Assembly: GCA_963750165.1 (NCBI GenBank)
Contig: CAVVPN010000003.1
Span: forward strand, 352,001 to 416,000
Reading direction: 5' to 3'
Source of the DNA: an uncultured Gemmataceae bacterium
GTDB lineage: Bacteria; Planctomycetota; Planctomycetia; Gemmatales; Gemmataceae
DNA length: 64,000 nucleotides
Below are positions 12,513 to 22,461 of the stretch, one piece after another. Made by a program: the position numbers and the translations under genes. Position 1 is the first letter of the stretch. Each line of letters opens with the position of its first letter. The notes beneath the pieces are model-generated. The model made no database searches. It saw only the letters and a list, made by a program, of their open reading frames with translations, and had not been told where the DNA came from.

Positions 12513-12685
12513 TGTTTTTGCCCCGAAGGGGCCCAACAACTTAACCCAGGGCAACGCCCTGGGAACTCTCACGGGTTGGTGGTTGTGCCCTTTCAGGGCG
12601 GAAAAGAAAAAGAGGAAATGGTTCTGATCCCCAACCCAGGGCGTTGCCCTGGGCTAAGTTGTTGGGCCCCTTCGGGGCAAAAACA
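12513..12685. repeat. REPIN-like long inverted repeat (about 51-bp arms)
   Basis: TGTTTTTGCCCCGAAGGGGCCCAACAACTTAACCCAGGGCAACGCCCTGGG paired with CCCAGGGCGTTGCCCTGGGCTAAGTTGTTGGGCCCCTTCGGGGCAAAAACA, one mismatch. Confidence 0.9.
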
Positions 12686-12702
12686 GAACAGGCAAAACCC
12701 TC

Positions 12703-13674
12703 ATGACCGACGCCAACCTGAAGACCGTCACCCTGACGCTCGACAACCGCGAGGAAGCGGTGCTGCTGTTCGGCCAGCGCGACATCCACCTGCGCCTGCT
12801 GCGCGACGCCCTGGGTCTGCGCATCGTTGCCCGCGGCGATCAGATCAACATTGAGGGCGCCCCCGAGCAGGTCGATCAGGCGGAGCGCGCGTTCCAGCAG
12901 CTGCGGCACACGCTGAAGCAGAAAGGCGTGCTGTCGCCGGAGGAGGTGCGTACGGTCATCGCCGTGGTGCAGCGCGGCGGCGACCGCACGGGGCCGCAGA
13001 ACCTCACCGTGGTCGAGGGCGGCCGGCACGTGCGGCCGCGCACCGATGGCCAGGCCCGCTACGTCCACAGCATGCGCGACAACGACCTGGTAATGTGTGT
13101 AGGTCCGGCGGGCAGTGGCAAGACGTATCTTGCTGTGGGCATGGCAGTTACGTTGTTACGACAGGGCGCCGTCAAGCGCATCGTGCTGGTGCGGCCGGCG
13201 GTCGAGGCCGGCGAGCGCCTCGGCTTTCTGCCCGGTGACATCGTGGCCAAGATCAACCCTTACCTGCGGCCGCTGATCGACGCGCTCAACGACATGATGG
13301 AGCCCGAGCAGGTCAAGCGCTACATGGAGAATGACATAATTGAGATCGCTCCACTCGCATTCATGCGGGGAAGAACGCTTAATCATGCGTGCATCATCCT
13401 GGACGAGGGCCAGAACACGACGGTGGCGCAGATGAAGATGTTCCTGACGCGCATGGGCAACAACTCGAAGATCATCGTCACGGGCGACGTGACGCAGGTG
13501 GACCTGCCGCGGCAGACGCGCAGCGGCCTGAACGACGCCATTCAGCGGTTGCAGGGCATCGAGCGCATCAGCGTCGTCTACCTGACCGAACACGACATCG
13601 TGCGCAACCCGCTGGTGCAGCAAATTGTGCTCGCCTACGAGGACGCGAAGCCGCCCCGCAAAAAGAAGGAGTGA
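12703..13674 (+). CDS. phoH: PhoH family ATPase (YbeZ-like)
   Basis: GPAGSGKT, RPAVEAGERLGFLPGD, PLAFMRGRT, GDVTQVDLP. Confidence 0.95.
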   Translation: MTDANLKTVTLTLDNREEAVLLFGQRDIHLRLLRDALGLRIVARGDQINIEGAPEQVDQAERAFQQLRHTLKQKGVLSPEEVRTVIAVVQRGGDRTGPQNLTVVEGGRHVRPRTDGQARYVHSMRDNDLVMCVGPAGSGKTYLAVGMAVTLLRQGAVKRIVLVRPAVEAGERLGFLPGDIVAKINPYLRPLIDALNDMMEPEQVKRYMENDIIEIAPLAFMRGRTLNHACIILDEGQNTTVAQMKMFLTRMGNNSKIIVTGDVTQVDLPRQTRSGLNDAIQRLQGIERISVVYLTEHDIVRNPLVQQIVLAYEDAKPPRKKKE

Positions 13675-13719
13675 CCGGCCGGCAGGCCGCCGGGCCGCGA
13701 ACGCCGGTCAAGGACGACC

Positions 13720-15498
13720 ATGTTCGGACCCAAAAAGAACCACCCCCGTCTCGGTCAGTGGGACGGCCGCAAGCGCTCCACGCGCGCCGAGGAACCGGTG
13801 CTGCCGGACCTGTGGCGGCGGCCCGTGCTGCTCCGTCTCGGCATCGTGCTGCTGACCACGGTCGCTGTCACGCTGTTCGCCTACCTCCTCGGGCCGCCGT
13901 TGCCTTACCGCCTTGGTCAGATTTATCCGTTCGACCTCCGTGTCCGCGTCGATTTCGAGGTGGTCAACCAGGTCGAGCTGGCCAACCAGAAAGAAATCGA
14001 GCGCCTGGAGACCAACGGCCCACGCCCCGGCAACGCCCGAACCGAGAAGCCCACCACCGAGAAGGACAAGCCGCCCATCGTCGAGCGCTACACGCGCGGC
14101 ATGCTGCTGCTGGAGCGCGGCCAACCGATCACCACGGAACGGCAGGTGGATCTGCTGGAGCAGGAGCACGACGCCTTTCTGGCGTCGCAGAAGCCGCGCG
14201 AGCACTTGCTGCGCGGCGTGGCGTTATTCCTGGTCTTCGGTCTGCTGGCGGCGCTGGTGGTGCTGTACGTCGCCCGCTTCCAGACCGGCCTGGCCGAAAG
14301 CGTGCCGACCATCACCGCAGTCTGCGCCCTGGTGTTCCTGACGCTGGTGCTCGGTGTGCTGCTCAGCCTGCCGCCGTGGTACGCCGTGTTTGTGCCGATG
14401 ACCGTGACCGCGATGGTGCTGACCGTTGCCTACAACCCGCAGTTCGCGCTGCTGATGTCCTTCAGCCTGACACTGGCCATGACCGTGCTGCTGGGTACGG
14501 ACATGAGCCATTTGCTCGTGCAAATGTCCGGATTGGCGACGGCGGTGCTGCTGCTGCGCAACGTGCGCACCCGGACGCGGCTGGTGAAGGTGGGCGTCGC
14601 TGCCGGCGCGGTGTATGCGCTCATGACGCTGGCGACCGGCCTGCTGTCGGGCCAGACCTGGCAGCTGATCGGCTCGGACGCGCTGCGGCATTTTCTGTGG
14701 GGTTCGCTGGCGGGCTTCCTGCTGACGGGCTGCCTGCCGCTGGTGGAGCGCTGCTTCGGCATCGTCACGGACATCAGTCTGCTGGAACTGGCGGACGGTG
14801 CGCATCCGCTGTTGCAGGAGCTGGTGAAGCGGGCGCCGGGCACGTACACGCACAGCATCACCGTGGCGACGCTGGCGGAGGCGGCGGCGGAGGCGATTGG
14901 GGCCAATCCACTGCTGACGCGCGTGGGCAGTTACTTCCACGACATCGGCAAGATGCTGAAGCCGCAGTATTTCATCGAGAACCAGACGGGCGAGAACCGG
15001 CACGACACACTGGAGCCGGCGCTGAGCACGCTGGTCATTATCGGGCACGTCAAGGACGGCCTGGCGCTGGCGCAGCAGTACGGACTGCCGCGGCCGATCC
15101 TGGACTTCATCGCGCAGCATCACGGCACCACGCTGGTGGAGTATTTCTACCGCGAAGCGCTGCGACTGCTGGGCGACAGCGGCCAGGACGCGGCACAGCT
15201 GGAGCCGTCGTTCCGCTATCCCGGGCCGAAGCCGCAGAACCGCGAGAACGGTGTCGTCATGCTGGCCGACGCGGTCGAGAGCGCCAGCCGTTCGCTCAGT
15301 GATCCGACGCCGAACAGCATGCGCAAACTCATCCACGACCTGCTCATGAAACGGCTGCTGGACGGTCAGTTCTCTGACAGCGGGCTGACGTTGACGGAAC
15401 TGCACATCATTGAGGAGAGTTTGTGCAAGAGCTTGATTGCGCTGTTCCACGCGCGGATCAAGTATCCGGAGGAGCGGCCGCTGGAGAAGGCGGCGTGA
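13720..15498 (+). CDS. 7TM-HD (HDIG) phosphohydrolase, PgpH-like
   Basis: Multiple TM helices, then APGTYTHS, YFHDIGK, HVKDG, QHHGTT, RYPGPKP, MLADAVES. Confidence 0.92.
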   Translation: MFGPKKNHPRLGQWDGRKRSTRAEEPVLPDLWRRPVLLRLGIVLLTTVAVTLFAYLLGPPLPYRLGQIYPFDLRVRVDFEVVNQVELANQKEIERLETNGPRPGNARTEKPTTEKDKPPIVERYTRGMLLLERGQPITTERQVDLLEQEHDAFLASQKPREHLLRGVALFLVFGLLAALVVLYVARFQTGLAESVPTITAVCALVFLTLVLGVLLSLPPWYAVFVPMTVTAMVLTVAYNPQFALLMSFSLTLAMTVLLGTDMSHLLVQMSGLATAVLLLRNVRTRTRLVKVGVAAGAVYALMTLATGLLSGQTWQLIGSDALRHFLWGSLAGFLLTGCLPLVERCFGIVTDISLLELADGAHPLLQELVKRAPGTYTHSITVATLAEAAAEAIGANPLLTRVGSYFHDIGKMLKPQYFIENQTGENRHDTLEPALSTLVIIGHVKDGLALAQQYGLPRPILDFIAQHHGTTLVEYFYREALRLLGDSGQDAAQLEPSFRYPGPKPQNRENGVVMLADAVESASRSLSDPTPNSMRKLIHDLLMKRLLDGQFSDSGLTLTELHIIEESLCKSLIALFHARIKYPEERPLEKAA

Positions 15499-15524
15499 TC
15501 GGGCCGGACGAAGGTTCGTGGTTA

Positions 15525-15576
15525 GTCCGAGCCCGAGCGCCAGCGAGGAGCCCCTCGCTGGCGCTCGGGCTCCGAC
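15525..15576. repeat. REP-like palindrome, family D (copy 1 of 2)
   Basis: GAGCCCGAGCGCCAGCG...CGCTGGCGCTCGGGCTC; second copy near 45780-45840. Confidence 0.8.
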
Positions 15577-15822
15577 CAGGAACAGGACACGCCAAAATCG
15601 ACACGTCAAGATCCTGCCCCCTTGCCGCCGGGCCGTGCTGATCGCTACGGTATGGGTGGCGAGTACGTTCCCCCATCCCGGCGGCGTTCTGCAAAAAAAT
15701 CGAAAAGATCCCGGCGGCGGCGACGAATATCCAGGCGAGGCAACCAGTCGCGAACTCCTCGGCGTCGCCTGCGATACTTCAAACCATTGAGGATCGATCC
15801 TTTCCCTTTGCGGAGGTACGTC

Positions 15823-16578
15823 ATGCGCAAGTTGGTGCTGGCAGCGTGCGGGCTGTGTACCTGGCTGGCCCTGGCCGGTTCGGCCCGCGCCCAGGACGAC
15901 GAATGCCGGGCGATCATCGCCAGGGCCATGAAAGCACACGGCGGCGAGGCCAAGTTGGCCGCCCTCAAAGCGACCCAGATGAAAACCAAGGGCACCCTCA
16001 GCGCCCAGGGCCAGGATCTGGAGTTCACGGCGGAGTTCTTCATCCAACAGCCCAACCGCTACAAGATCGTGGCCGACCTCCGCGTGGACAACCAGAACGT
16101 CCAGGTCACCGAGGTGTTCAACGGCGCCAAGGGCTGGGCTCACGTCATGGGCAAGACCATGGACCTGGACGCCGACACCATCAAAATGGGCAAGGACGAG
16201 GTCTACCTCGAAAAGGTTACCAACCTGACGGCCCTCAAGGACAAGGCGTTCAAGCTGTCGCCGCTCGGCGAGGTCAAGGTCGGCGAGCACCAGGCCGTGG
16301 GCGTGCTGGTGACGCGCAAAGACCAGCGCGACGTGAGCCTGTACTTCGACAAGAAAACGCACCTGCTCGTCAAGGCGGAGTGCCGCATCTTCGACCAGTT
16401 CACCAAGCAGGAAGTGAACCAGGAGAAACTCTACTCCGATTTCAAGGAACTGGTTCCCGGCCTGCGGCTGCCCGGCCGCATCCTGATCAACCATGAAGGC
16501 AAGCGCTTCATCGACATGACCGTCACGGAACTGCGTGGCGTCGAACAGCACGACGACAGCATTTTCGCACGGCCGTAG
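15823..16578 (+). CDS. Exported beta-rich protein (LolA-like fold possible), paralog 1
   Basis: Signal peptide MRKLVLAACGLCTWLALAGSARA; RBS GGAGG; clear paralog of the next gene. Confidence 0.85.
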   Translation: MRKLVLAACGLCTWLALAGSARAQDDECRAIIARAMKAHGGEAKLAALKATQMKTKGTLSAQGQDLEFTAEFFIQQPNRYKIVADLRVDNQNVQVTEVFNGAKGWAHVMGKTMDLDADTIKMGKDEVYLEKVTNLTALKDKAFKLSPLGEVKVGEHQAVGVLVTRKDQRDVSLYFDKKTHLLVKAECRIFDQFTKQEVNQEKLYSDFKELVPGLRLPGRILINHEGKRFIDMTVTELRGVEQHDDSIFARP

Positions 16579-16619
16579 TCTCGCGGTGAGTTTCCATTCC
16601 CCGTTTCACGAGGTTTGAC

Positions 16620-17375
16620 ATGCGGACATTGACGTTGGCAGCGTGTGGGGTGTGTGCCTGGCTGGCCCTGGCCGCCCCGGCTCGCGCCCAGGACAACGAG
16701 TGCCGGGCGGTGATCGCCCGGGCGATGAAAGCCGTCGGCGGCGAGGAGAAGTTGGCCGCCAACCGGGCCCACTACCTCAAGGGCAAGGGTACGATCGCCG
16801 TCATGGGCATGGACCTGGAGTTCACCATCGAAATCTGGGACCAGCAGCCCGACAAGCAGAAGGCGGTCATCGAGATCAACGTCATGAACATGAACTTCAC
16901 GATCACCCAGGTCTACAACGGCGACAAGGGCTGGCAGAACATCATGGGCAAGACCAAGGCCGTGGACGCCGACGAACTGAAAGAGCACAAGGAGTCCACG
17001 AACGCCGAGCGCGTTGCCGGCCTGGTGGCCCTCAAGAACAAGGCGTACAAGCTGTCATCGCTGGGCGAGGTGAAGGTGAACGATCGGGCGGCCGTGGGCA
17101 TTCTGGTGACGCGCGACGGTTATCGCGATGTCAGCCTGTATTTCGACAAGCAGTCACACCTGCTGGTCAAGACCGAAACGCGGGCCAAAAACCCAAGCTC
17201 CATGCAGGAAGAGACGCAGGAGAAGCTTCTCAGCGACTACAAGGCATTGGACCAGGGGGTTCGGGTGCCAACCAGGCTGGTCATCAACTACGACGGCAAG
17301 AAGGTTCTGGACATGACCATTTCCGAGGCCCGCATGTCGGAACAGCATGACGCCAGCATTTTCGCCGAACCGTAA
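16620..17375 (+). CDS. Exported beta-rich protein, paralog 2
   Basis: Shares QD.ECRA.IARAMKA.GGE.KL, RDVSLYFDK..HLLVK.E and EQHD.SIFA.P with the upstream gene. Confidence 0.85.
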   Translation: MRTLTLAACGVCAWLALAAPARAQDNECRAVIARAMKAVGGEEKLAANRAHYLKGKGTIAVMGMDLEFTIEIWDQQPDKQKAVIEINVMNMNFTITQVYNGDKGWQNIMGKTKAVDADELKEHKESTNAERVAGLVALKNKAYKLSSLGEVKVNDRAAVGILVTRDGYRDVSLYFDKQSHLLVKTETRAKNPSSMQEETQEKLLSDYKALDQGVRVPTRLVINYDGKKVLDMTISEARMSEQHDASIFAEP

Positions 17376-17537
17376 CGTTTTTCTGCCGCTCTTTCGTGGG
17401 GCAGGCTGGAAAGCCTGCCCCACGAAAGAGCCGCAAGCGGCCGTCCGACCGCCGACAACTGGAAAAGCGCACCGGCGGCGTTATGATAAGCTGGCGGGTG
17501 CTCAAACCAGTTGAGCCGCAGTGCGAGGGAGGCCCTC

Positions 17538-18416
17538 ATGACGCCAGCATCCATCACCGAGCAGGTGCGCGACCGCTACGCTGCGGCCGCCGCCAGCGAT
17601 CTGTCCGGCGCCAGCGACGGCGTGCGCCGCGTCGCGGAGGCGTTCGGCTACACCCCGGATGAGTTGGCGGCGCTGCCGGCGGAGGCCAACCTGGGGCTGT
17701 CGTGCGGCAACCCAACCGCGTTCGCCCACCTGCGACCGGGCGAGACGGTGGTGGACCTCGGTTGCGGCGGCGGTCTCGACGTGCTCCTGGCCGCTGTCAA
17801 GGTCGGCCCGACCGGCAAGGCCATCGGCATCGACATGACGCCCGAGATGCTGGAGCGCGCCCGCCGCAACGCCCAAAAACCAATCAACGACCAGGTGCTC
17901 ACCAACGTCGAGTTTCACCTGGCGAGCATCGACCGGCTGCCGCTGCCGGACGGTTCGGTCGATTGCCTCATCAGCAACTGCGTCCTCAACCTGGCGCCGG
18001 ACAAGCCGGCAGTCTTCCGCGAGCTGTGGCGTGTGCTGAAGCCGGGTGGCCGCGTCGCGCTCAGCGACATCGCGCTCAAGCAGCCACTGCCGGACGATCT
18101 GGTCCACGACCTGGGCGCCTACATCGGCTGCGTCGCCGGCGCCATCCTCGCGGCGGACTACGAGCGCGGCCTGCGCGCGGCCGGCTTCCCGTTCGTGCAG
18201 GTCGTGGACACGAACAAGGACCTGAACGTCTACGCCCAGATCGCGGATCAGGTGGTCTGCTGTTCGCCGGCGGCGGGCGGCCTGCCGCTGTCGGATGAGG
18301 CCGATGGCTGTTGCGGCACAACGCCGATCCACAAGGTGCTGGCGGAACTGCTCGCGAAGTATGATGTCAATGCGTACGCCGCCAGCGTGCAGGTCTACGC
18401 CCGTAAGGCGGAGTGA
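17538..18416 (+). CDS. arsM: Arsenite methyltransferase-like SAM methyltransferase
   Basis: [45 protein letters not shown]. Confidence 0.8.
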   Translation: MTPASITEQVRDRYAAAAASDLSGASDGVRRVAEAFGYTPDELAALPAEANLGLSCGNPTAFAHLRPGETVVDLGCGGGLDVLLAAVKVGPTGKAIGIDMTPEMLERARRNAQKPINDQVLTNVEFHLASIDRLPLPDGSVDCLISNCVLNLAPDKPAVFRELWRVLKPGGRVALSDIALKQPLPDDLVHDLGAYIGCVAGAILAADYERGLRAAGFPFVQVVDTNKDLNVYAQIADQVVCCSPAAGGLPLSDEADGCCGTTPIHKVLAELLAKYDVNAYAASVQVYARKAE

Positions 18417-18467
18417 AGCGCGAAGCCGCAAGCGGCAGAAAAGCAGTCCACTGACGGAATCACCCCC

Positions 18468-19568
18468 ATGCGTGAAGTGCTCACCGAACTGACCCGCGCC
18501 CTGGAGCAGGGCCAGGACTGCGTTTACTGCGCCGTGGTGGAGACCCGCGGTTCAACGCCCCAGAAGGCAGGCGCGTCCATGCTGGTGTTCGCAGACGGCG
18601 GCCAGCGCGGCACGCTAGGTGGCGGCTGTGTCGAGGCAGAGGTCAAGCAGCAGGCACTGCGCACTCTGGTCGAGGGCGGCGCCGCCCCGGCGGTGCTGAC
18701 CTTCAACCTGGATGACAATTACGGCTGGGACGATGGCCTGATCTGTGGCGGCCGCATGACCATCCTGGCCGATCCGCTGACCGCAAGCGCTAACGGCCGC
18801 CGTCATCAGGCCGCCGACTACTTCTGCCAGTTCCGCAGCCTGATCGAGTCGGGCCAGGGCTGCACCGAGGCGGTCGTCGTGACGGAGCGCAGCCCGCAAC
18901 TGCGCGTTGGCCAGCGCTACCTCTTCGACGCGGGCGGTGCGGTCGCGGCCCAGCTCGCGGCGGAGCCGGTGTCCGCGGCGGTGCGCGACGGCCTGACGCC
19001 GGTGCGGCAACGGCCACGGCCGGCGCTGCGCGACGGCATCGCGTACCTGCCGGTGTGGCCGCGGATCACGCTGCTGATCGTCGGCGGCGGTCACGTCGGC
19101 CAGGCCGTGGCGAAACTGGCCGCCGAGGTTGATTTCGACGTGTGGGTACTGGACGACCGCGCCCACTACGCCAGCCGTGAGCGCTTCCCGCACGCCCAGC
19201 GCCTGCTGGTCGGCGATGTCGGCCCGACGCTGGAGCGGCTGGCCGGGACCGACATCACGGAGTCCACGTTTTGCCTGATCGTGACGCGCGGCCACGGTCA
19301 CGATGAGGAGGCACTGTACCACCTGGCCGGCAGCGGCGCGGGCTACGTTGGCATGATCGGCAGCAAGCGCAAGATCAAGCTGATTTACGAGGACTTGCAA
19401 GCCCGTGCCGTCCCCGCGGAGGCGCTGGCGAAGGTCCACGCGCCGCTGGGCTTCGCCATCGGCTCGCAGACGGTGCCGGAGATCGCCGTCAGCATCGTCG
19501 CGGAGTTGATCGCCTGCCGCAACCTTGGCGCCACCATCCCCGCGGCCCGCAAGCACGTCCCGGTATGA
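18468..19568 (+). CDS. xdhC: XdhC/CoxI family molybdenum cofactor insertion chaperone
   Basis: GSTPQKAGA, GTLGGGCVE, GLICGG, GGGHVG, VTRGH..D, YVGMIGSKRK. Confidence 0.92.
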   Translation: MREVLTELTRALEQGQDCVYCAVVETRGSTPQKAGASMLVFADGGQRGTLGGGCVEAEVKQQALRTLVEGGAAPAVLTFNLDDNYGWDDGLICGGRMTILADPLTASANGRRHQAADYFCQFRSLIESGQGCTEAVVVTERSPQLRVGQRYLFDAGGAVAAQLAAEPVSAAVRDGLTPVRQRPRPALRDGIAYLPVWPRITLLIVGGGHVGQAVAKLAAEVDFDVWVLDDRAHYASRERFPHAQRLLVGDVGPTLERLAGTDITESTFCLIVTRGHGHDEEALYHLAGSGAGYVGMIGSKRKIKLIYEDLQARAVPAEALAKVHAPLGFAIGSQTVPEIAVSIVAELIACRNLGATIPAARKHVPV

Positions 19569-20194
19569 CCCCTGCACCGCGCACCTTCGCACTGATCCCG
19601 GCCGCCGGCAAGAGCCGCCGCATGGGCCGTCCCAAGCTGGCGCTGCCGCTCGGCGACCGCACCGTCCTGGAGCGCGTCGTCGATGCCGTGCGGCAGGCCG
19701 GCGTCGGCCCGGTGCTGGTCGTGCTGGGTCCGCACGTCGCGGAACTGGGACCGGCGGCGCGTGCGGCCGGCGCGGAAGTGCTGCTGCTGACGGGAGAGAC
19801 ACCGGACATGCGCGCCACCGTCGAACGCGGTCTGGCCTGGTTCGCGGAGGTGCTGCGGCCGGCGCCGGAGGATCGCTGGCTGCTACTGCCCGCGGACCAC
19901 CCCACGCTGGACGCCGGCGTGGTGACGCGACTGCTCCAGGCTCAGGCGGCGCGGCCGGCTGCCTCGGTCGTGGTGCCGACGTACCAGGGCCAACGCGGCC
20001 ATCCGACACTGATCGCCTGGCGGCACGTGGACGCCCTGCGAGCGCTGCCGGCCGGCCAGGGATTGAATGCGTTTTTCCGCGGCGGGGTGGACGTGCTCGA
20101 AGTAGCGGTCGATGATCCCGAAGTGTTGACGGATCTGGACACGCCGCAAGAGTACGAACGGTTGCGGCAGCGCTGGGTTTCCGAGAGCGGGTAA
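19565..20194 (+). CDS. mocA: Molybdenum cofactor cytidylyltransferase-like nucleotidyltransferase
   Basis: AAGKSRRMGRPK, PADHP, RGHP, DLDTPQEY; ATGA overlap with xdhC. Confidence 0.85.
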   Translation: MTPAPRTFALIPAAGKSRRMGRPKLALPLGDRTVLERVVDAVRQAGVGPVLVVLGPHVAELGPAARAAGAEVLLLTGETPDMRATVERGLAWFAEVLRPAPEDRWLLLPADHPTLDAGVVTRLLQAQAARPAASVVVPTYQGQRGHPTLIAWRHVDALRALPAGQGLNAFFRGGVDVLEVAVDDPEVLTDLDTPQEYERLRQRWVSESG

Positions 20195-20403
20195 CAAGGC
20201 AAGAAAACCGAGCCCGCGAGATCACGGCCCGGTCGAAACAGGGCCGCGAAAGCATGGCGTCCCGTTGGAGCACTGGCTGGCAGATCGCCTCCAGGTCAGC
20301 GAGGAGGTCAGGGGAGAGCACGGTGTCCGAGTCGGTTGTCTTAATGTAGTTATTGTCCCGACTTGACGGAGGGTGTCAACGGAGAATCAGACCACATTGC
20401 GGG

Positions 20404-22083
20404 TCAATGAAATCGGCAAACGCCGCGGCCGAAGTGGCGTTCCAACCGTTGTCGCAAACCCGGGTCCATCGAGATCGGGGGGTTGGGCCAAAACAACCGC
20501 ACCAACCGCGGCGGCCGCGGCAAGTCCAGTAATGCCTCCAGCCCCCGCTCGGTGATTTCGGTGGCGGCCACCTCCAGCCGAGTGAGGCACTCCACGAAGG
20601 GTGATAGCCACAACGCCAACAGCCCCGCGTCCCCGACCCTGGTATGGTTGAGGACCAGTGTGGTCAAGCGCCGCAGGTGCTTCGTGGTCGCCAGCGCCCG
20701 GACGCCGTCATCGCTGAATTCATTCGCGGACAGGTCCAGGCAGCGCAGCCACGCCAACTGGGGAAACGCCGCCAATGCTTGCAAGGCTTCGTCGCCCAAC
20801 CCGTTGCCCTGGAGGTTCAGCGTCTCCAATCCCCCAAAATGATTGGCAGAAGCCACGTCCTTGACGCCCCAGGCACTCAAGCCAGTCGCCGCCAGTCCCA
20901 GGAAGCGCAGCCGCCCCAGCCGCGCCGAGGAAGCCAGCGTCTTGGCCCCGTCGTCCCCCAGGGGGTTGGACCAGAGGTCGAGGTGGGTCAAGCCCGAGGC
21001 GGCGTCGCAGTTCGCCAGGGGCGCCAGAGCCCGTGCGTCCAGGTGGTTGTTTCCCAGTTCCAAAAAATGTGGCCGCAAGGTTGCCGACGCCGCCAGCGCC
21101 CGCGTGCCTGTCAGGCCGAGGGCTGTGCTGGACAGGTTCAATTCCGTTAGCGCCCCCAGGGTGCGCGAAGCGGCCAGCGCTTCCAACCCGGCGCTGCCCA
21201 GCGCCGGGTTGCCGTTGACCTCCAGCCTCACCAACCGCTTGAAATGGGGGGAGGACGCCAGCGCCCCCAGACCGGTCGGCTGCAGTTGCGTATTCGTCAG
21301 GCGGAGCATCGTCAGGGACTGACACAGCGGTGACGCCGCCAGCGCCTGGAGCCCGGCGGCTCCAAGGACATTGCCGCTCAGATCCAGATGGGTCAACTGC
21401 GTGAAAAGCCGCGCCTGCGCCAGAATTTCCATTGCCGCGGCACCGCAGACGTTATTTTGCAGGTCGAGTTCCCGCAAGCCACTGAGGTGGTGGGCCGCGA
21501 CCAGCGCCCGCATTGTGCCCGTGCCGACCCGGTTTCTCGCCAGCACTAACCGACGCAACCCGCCCAGGTGCGGCGACGCGATCAACTGTGTCACCTCAGA
21601 GTCAAGCAGGTTCCGGGTAGCGCCTTGTGGCGGCGTATCTGTCTGGCTCACATCCAGGCTGTGCAGGCGCCCCAGCAGGGGCGAAGCCGCCAGGGTGTCG
21701 ATATCGTGAGGGTCCAATGGCCGCAGCGTCAGGTCACGGATAGGGGCGAGGGCAAACAAATCAGCTCCGTGTTGGAGCAATTCCCGCGAACCCAGGGTGA
21801 CCGCCTCCGGCAGCCCGCCGTGCCAGCGCCAGTCGGAGCCGACCTTGCCGCCGAACCGGCACCAGTCCTTCGCGGCTGTTGCGGTCAACACACGGTCGCG
21901 CAACTCCAGCGCCGGCCGCTCCGGGGCGTCCTCGGCCAGGTGCGCCAGCCGGCACTGCACGCGGATCAGTTCCGCCCGCTCCGCCTCGCCCTGTTCCTCC
22001 AGCCAGTCGGCGTACACCAGGCGCAGGCCCTCGTCGTCGGTGTGATCGATGATCGCCTGCATCAGGCCGTGGCTGTCGGTCAT
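20404..22083 (-). CDS. TIGR02996 domain protein with leucine-rich repeats
   Basis: N-terminal DDEGLRLVYADWLEEQGE.ERAELIRVQC, then about 28-aa RI-like LRRs (L..LDL..N.LG..G..ALA.S). Confidence 0.9.
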   Translation of the reverse strand: MTDSHGLMQAIIDHTDDEGLRLVYADWLEEQGEAERAELIRVQCRLAHLAEDAPERPALELRDRVLTATAAKDWCRFGGKVGSDWRWHGGLPEAVTLGSRELLQHGADLFALAPIRDLTLRPLDPHDIDTLAASPLLGRLHSLDVSQTDTPPQGATRNLLDSEVTQLIASPHLGGLRRLVLARNRVGTGTMRALVAAHHLSGLRELDLQNNVCGAAAMEILAQARLFTQLTHLDLSGNVLGAAGLQALAASPLCQSLTMLRLTNTQLQPTGLGALASSPHFKRLVRLEVNGNPALGSAGLEALAASRTLGALTELNLSSTALGLTGTRALAASATLRPHFLELGNNHLDARALAPLANCDAASGLTHLDLWSNPLGDDGAKTLASSARLGRLRFLGLAATGLSAWGVKDVASANHFGGLETLNLQGNGLGDEALQALAAFPQLAWLRCLDLSANEFSDDGVRALATTKHLRRLTTLVLNHTRVGDAGLLALWLSPFVECLTRLEVAATEITERGLEALLDLPRPPRLVRLFWPNPPISMDPGLRQRLERHFGRGVCRFH

Positions 22084-22265
22084 GCAACCCTTCTTTCTGC
22101 CGCTTGCGGCTTAACTTGGGATGAATCCCCACCCCTTCTCCGTATCCACCACCACGAAGAACATTGCCAGGGGTTTCATGGAACGCCTCGGCTTCAAGGC
22201 GATGGTCACGGGTTGCTGCGCCGACCGCGATGATACCGCGATGCCGGCGGTGGCACAACCTTCAC

Positions 22266-22332
22266 GGCGAGCGGCGCGGCGTCGGCCCGCCGGTACTGCC
22301 GGCACCGGCGGGCTGACGCCGCGCCGCTCGCC
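22266..22332. repeat. REP-like palindrome, family E (copy 1 of 2)
   Basis: GGCGAGCGGCGCGGCGTCGGCCCGCCGGT...ACCGGCGGGCTGACGCCGCGCCGCTCGCC; second copy 59336-59403. Confidence 0.85.
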
Positions 22333-22461
22333 AAAGCGCGAAAAAACTCTTCGCATTTCCCGCCGCGGCCCATTACACTGAAGGGATAAGGATGACCCAC
22401 CATCGGGTTTTGACCCGCCAACCAGGTGTCCCACCACCTTCGCACCGACAAGGGAGCCAGT

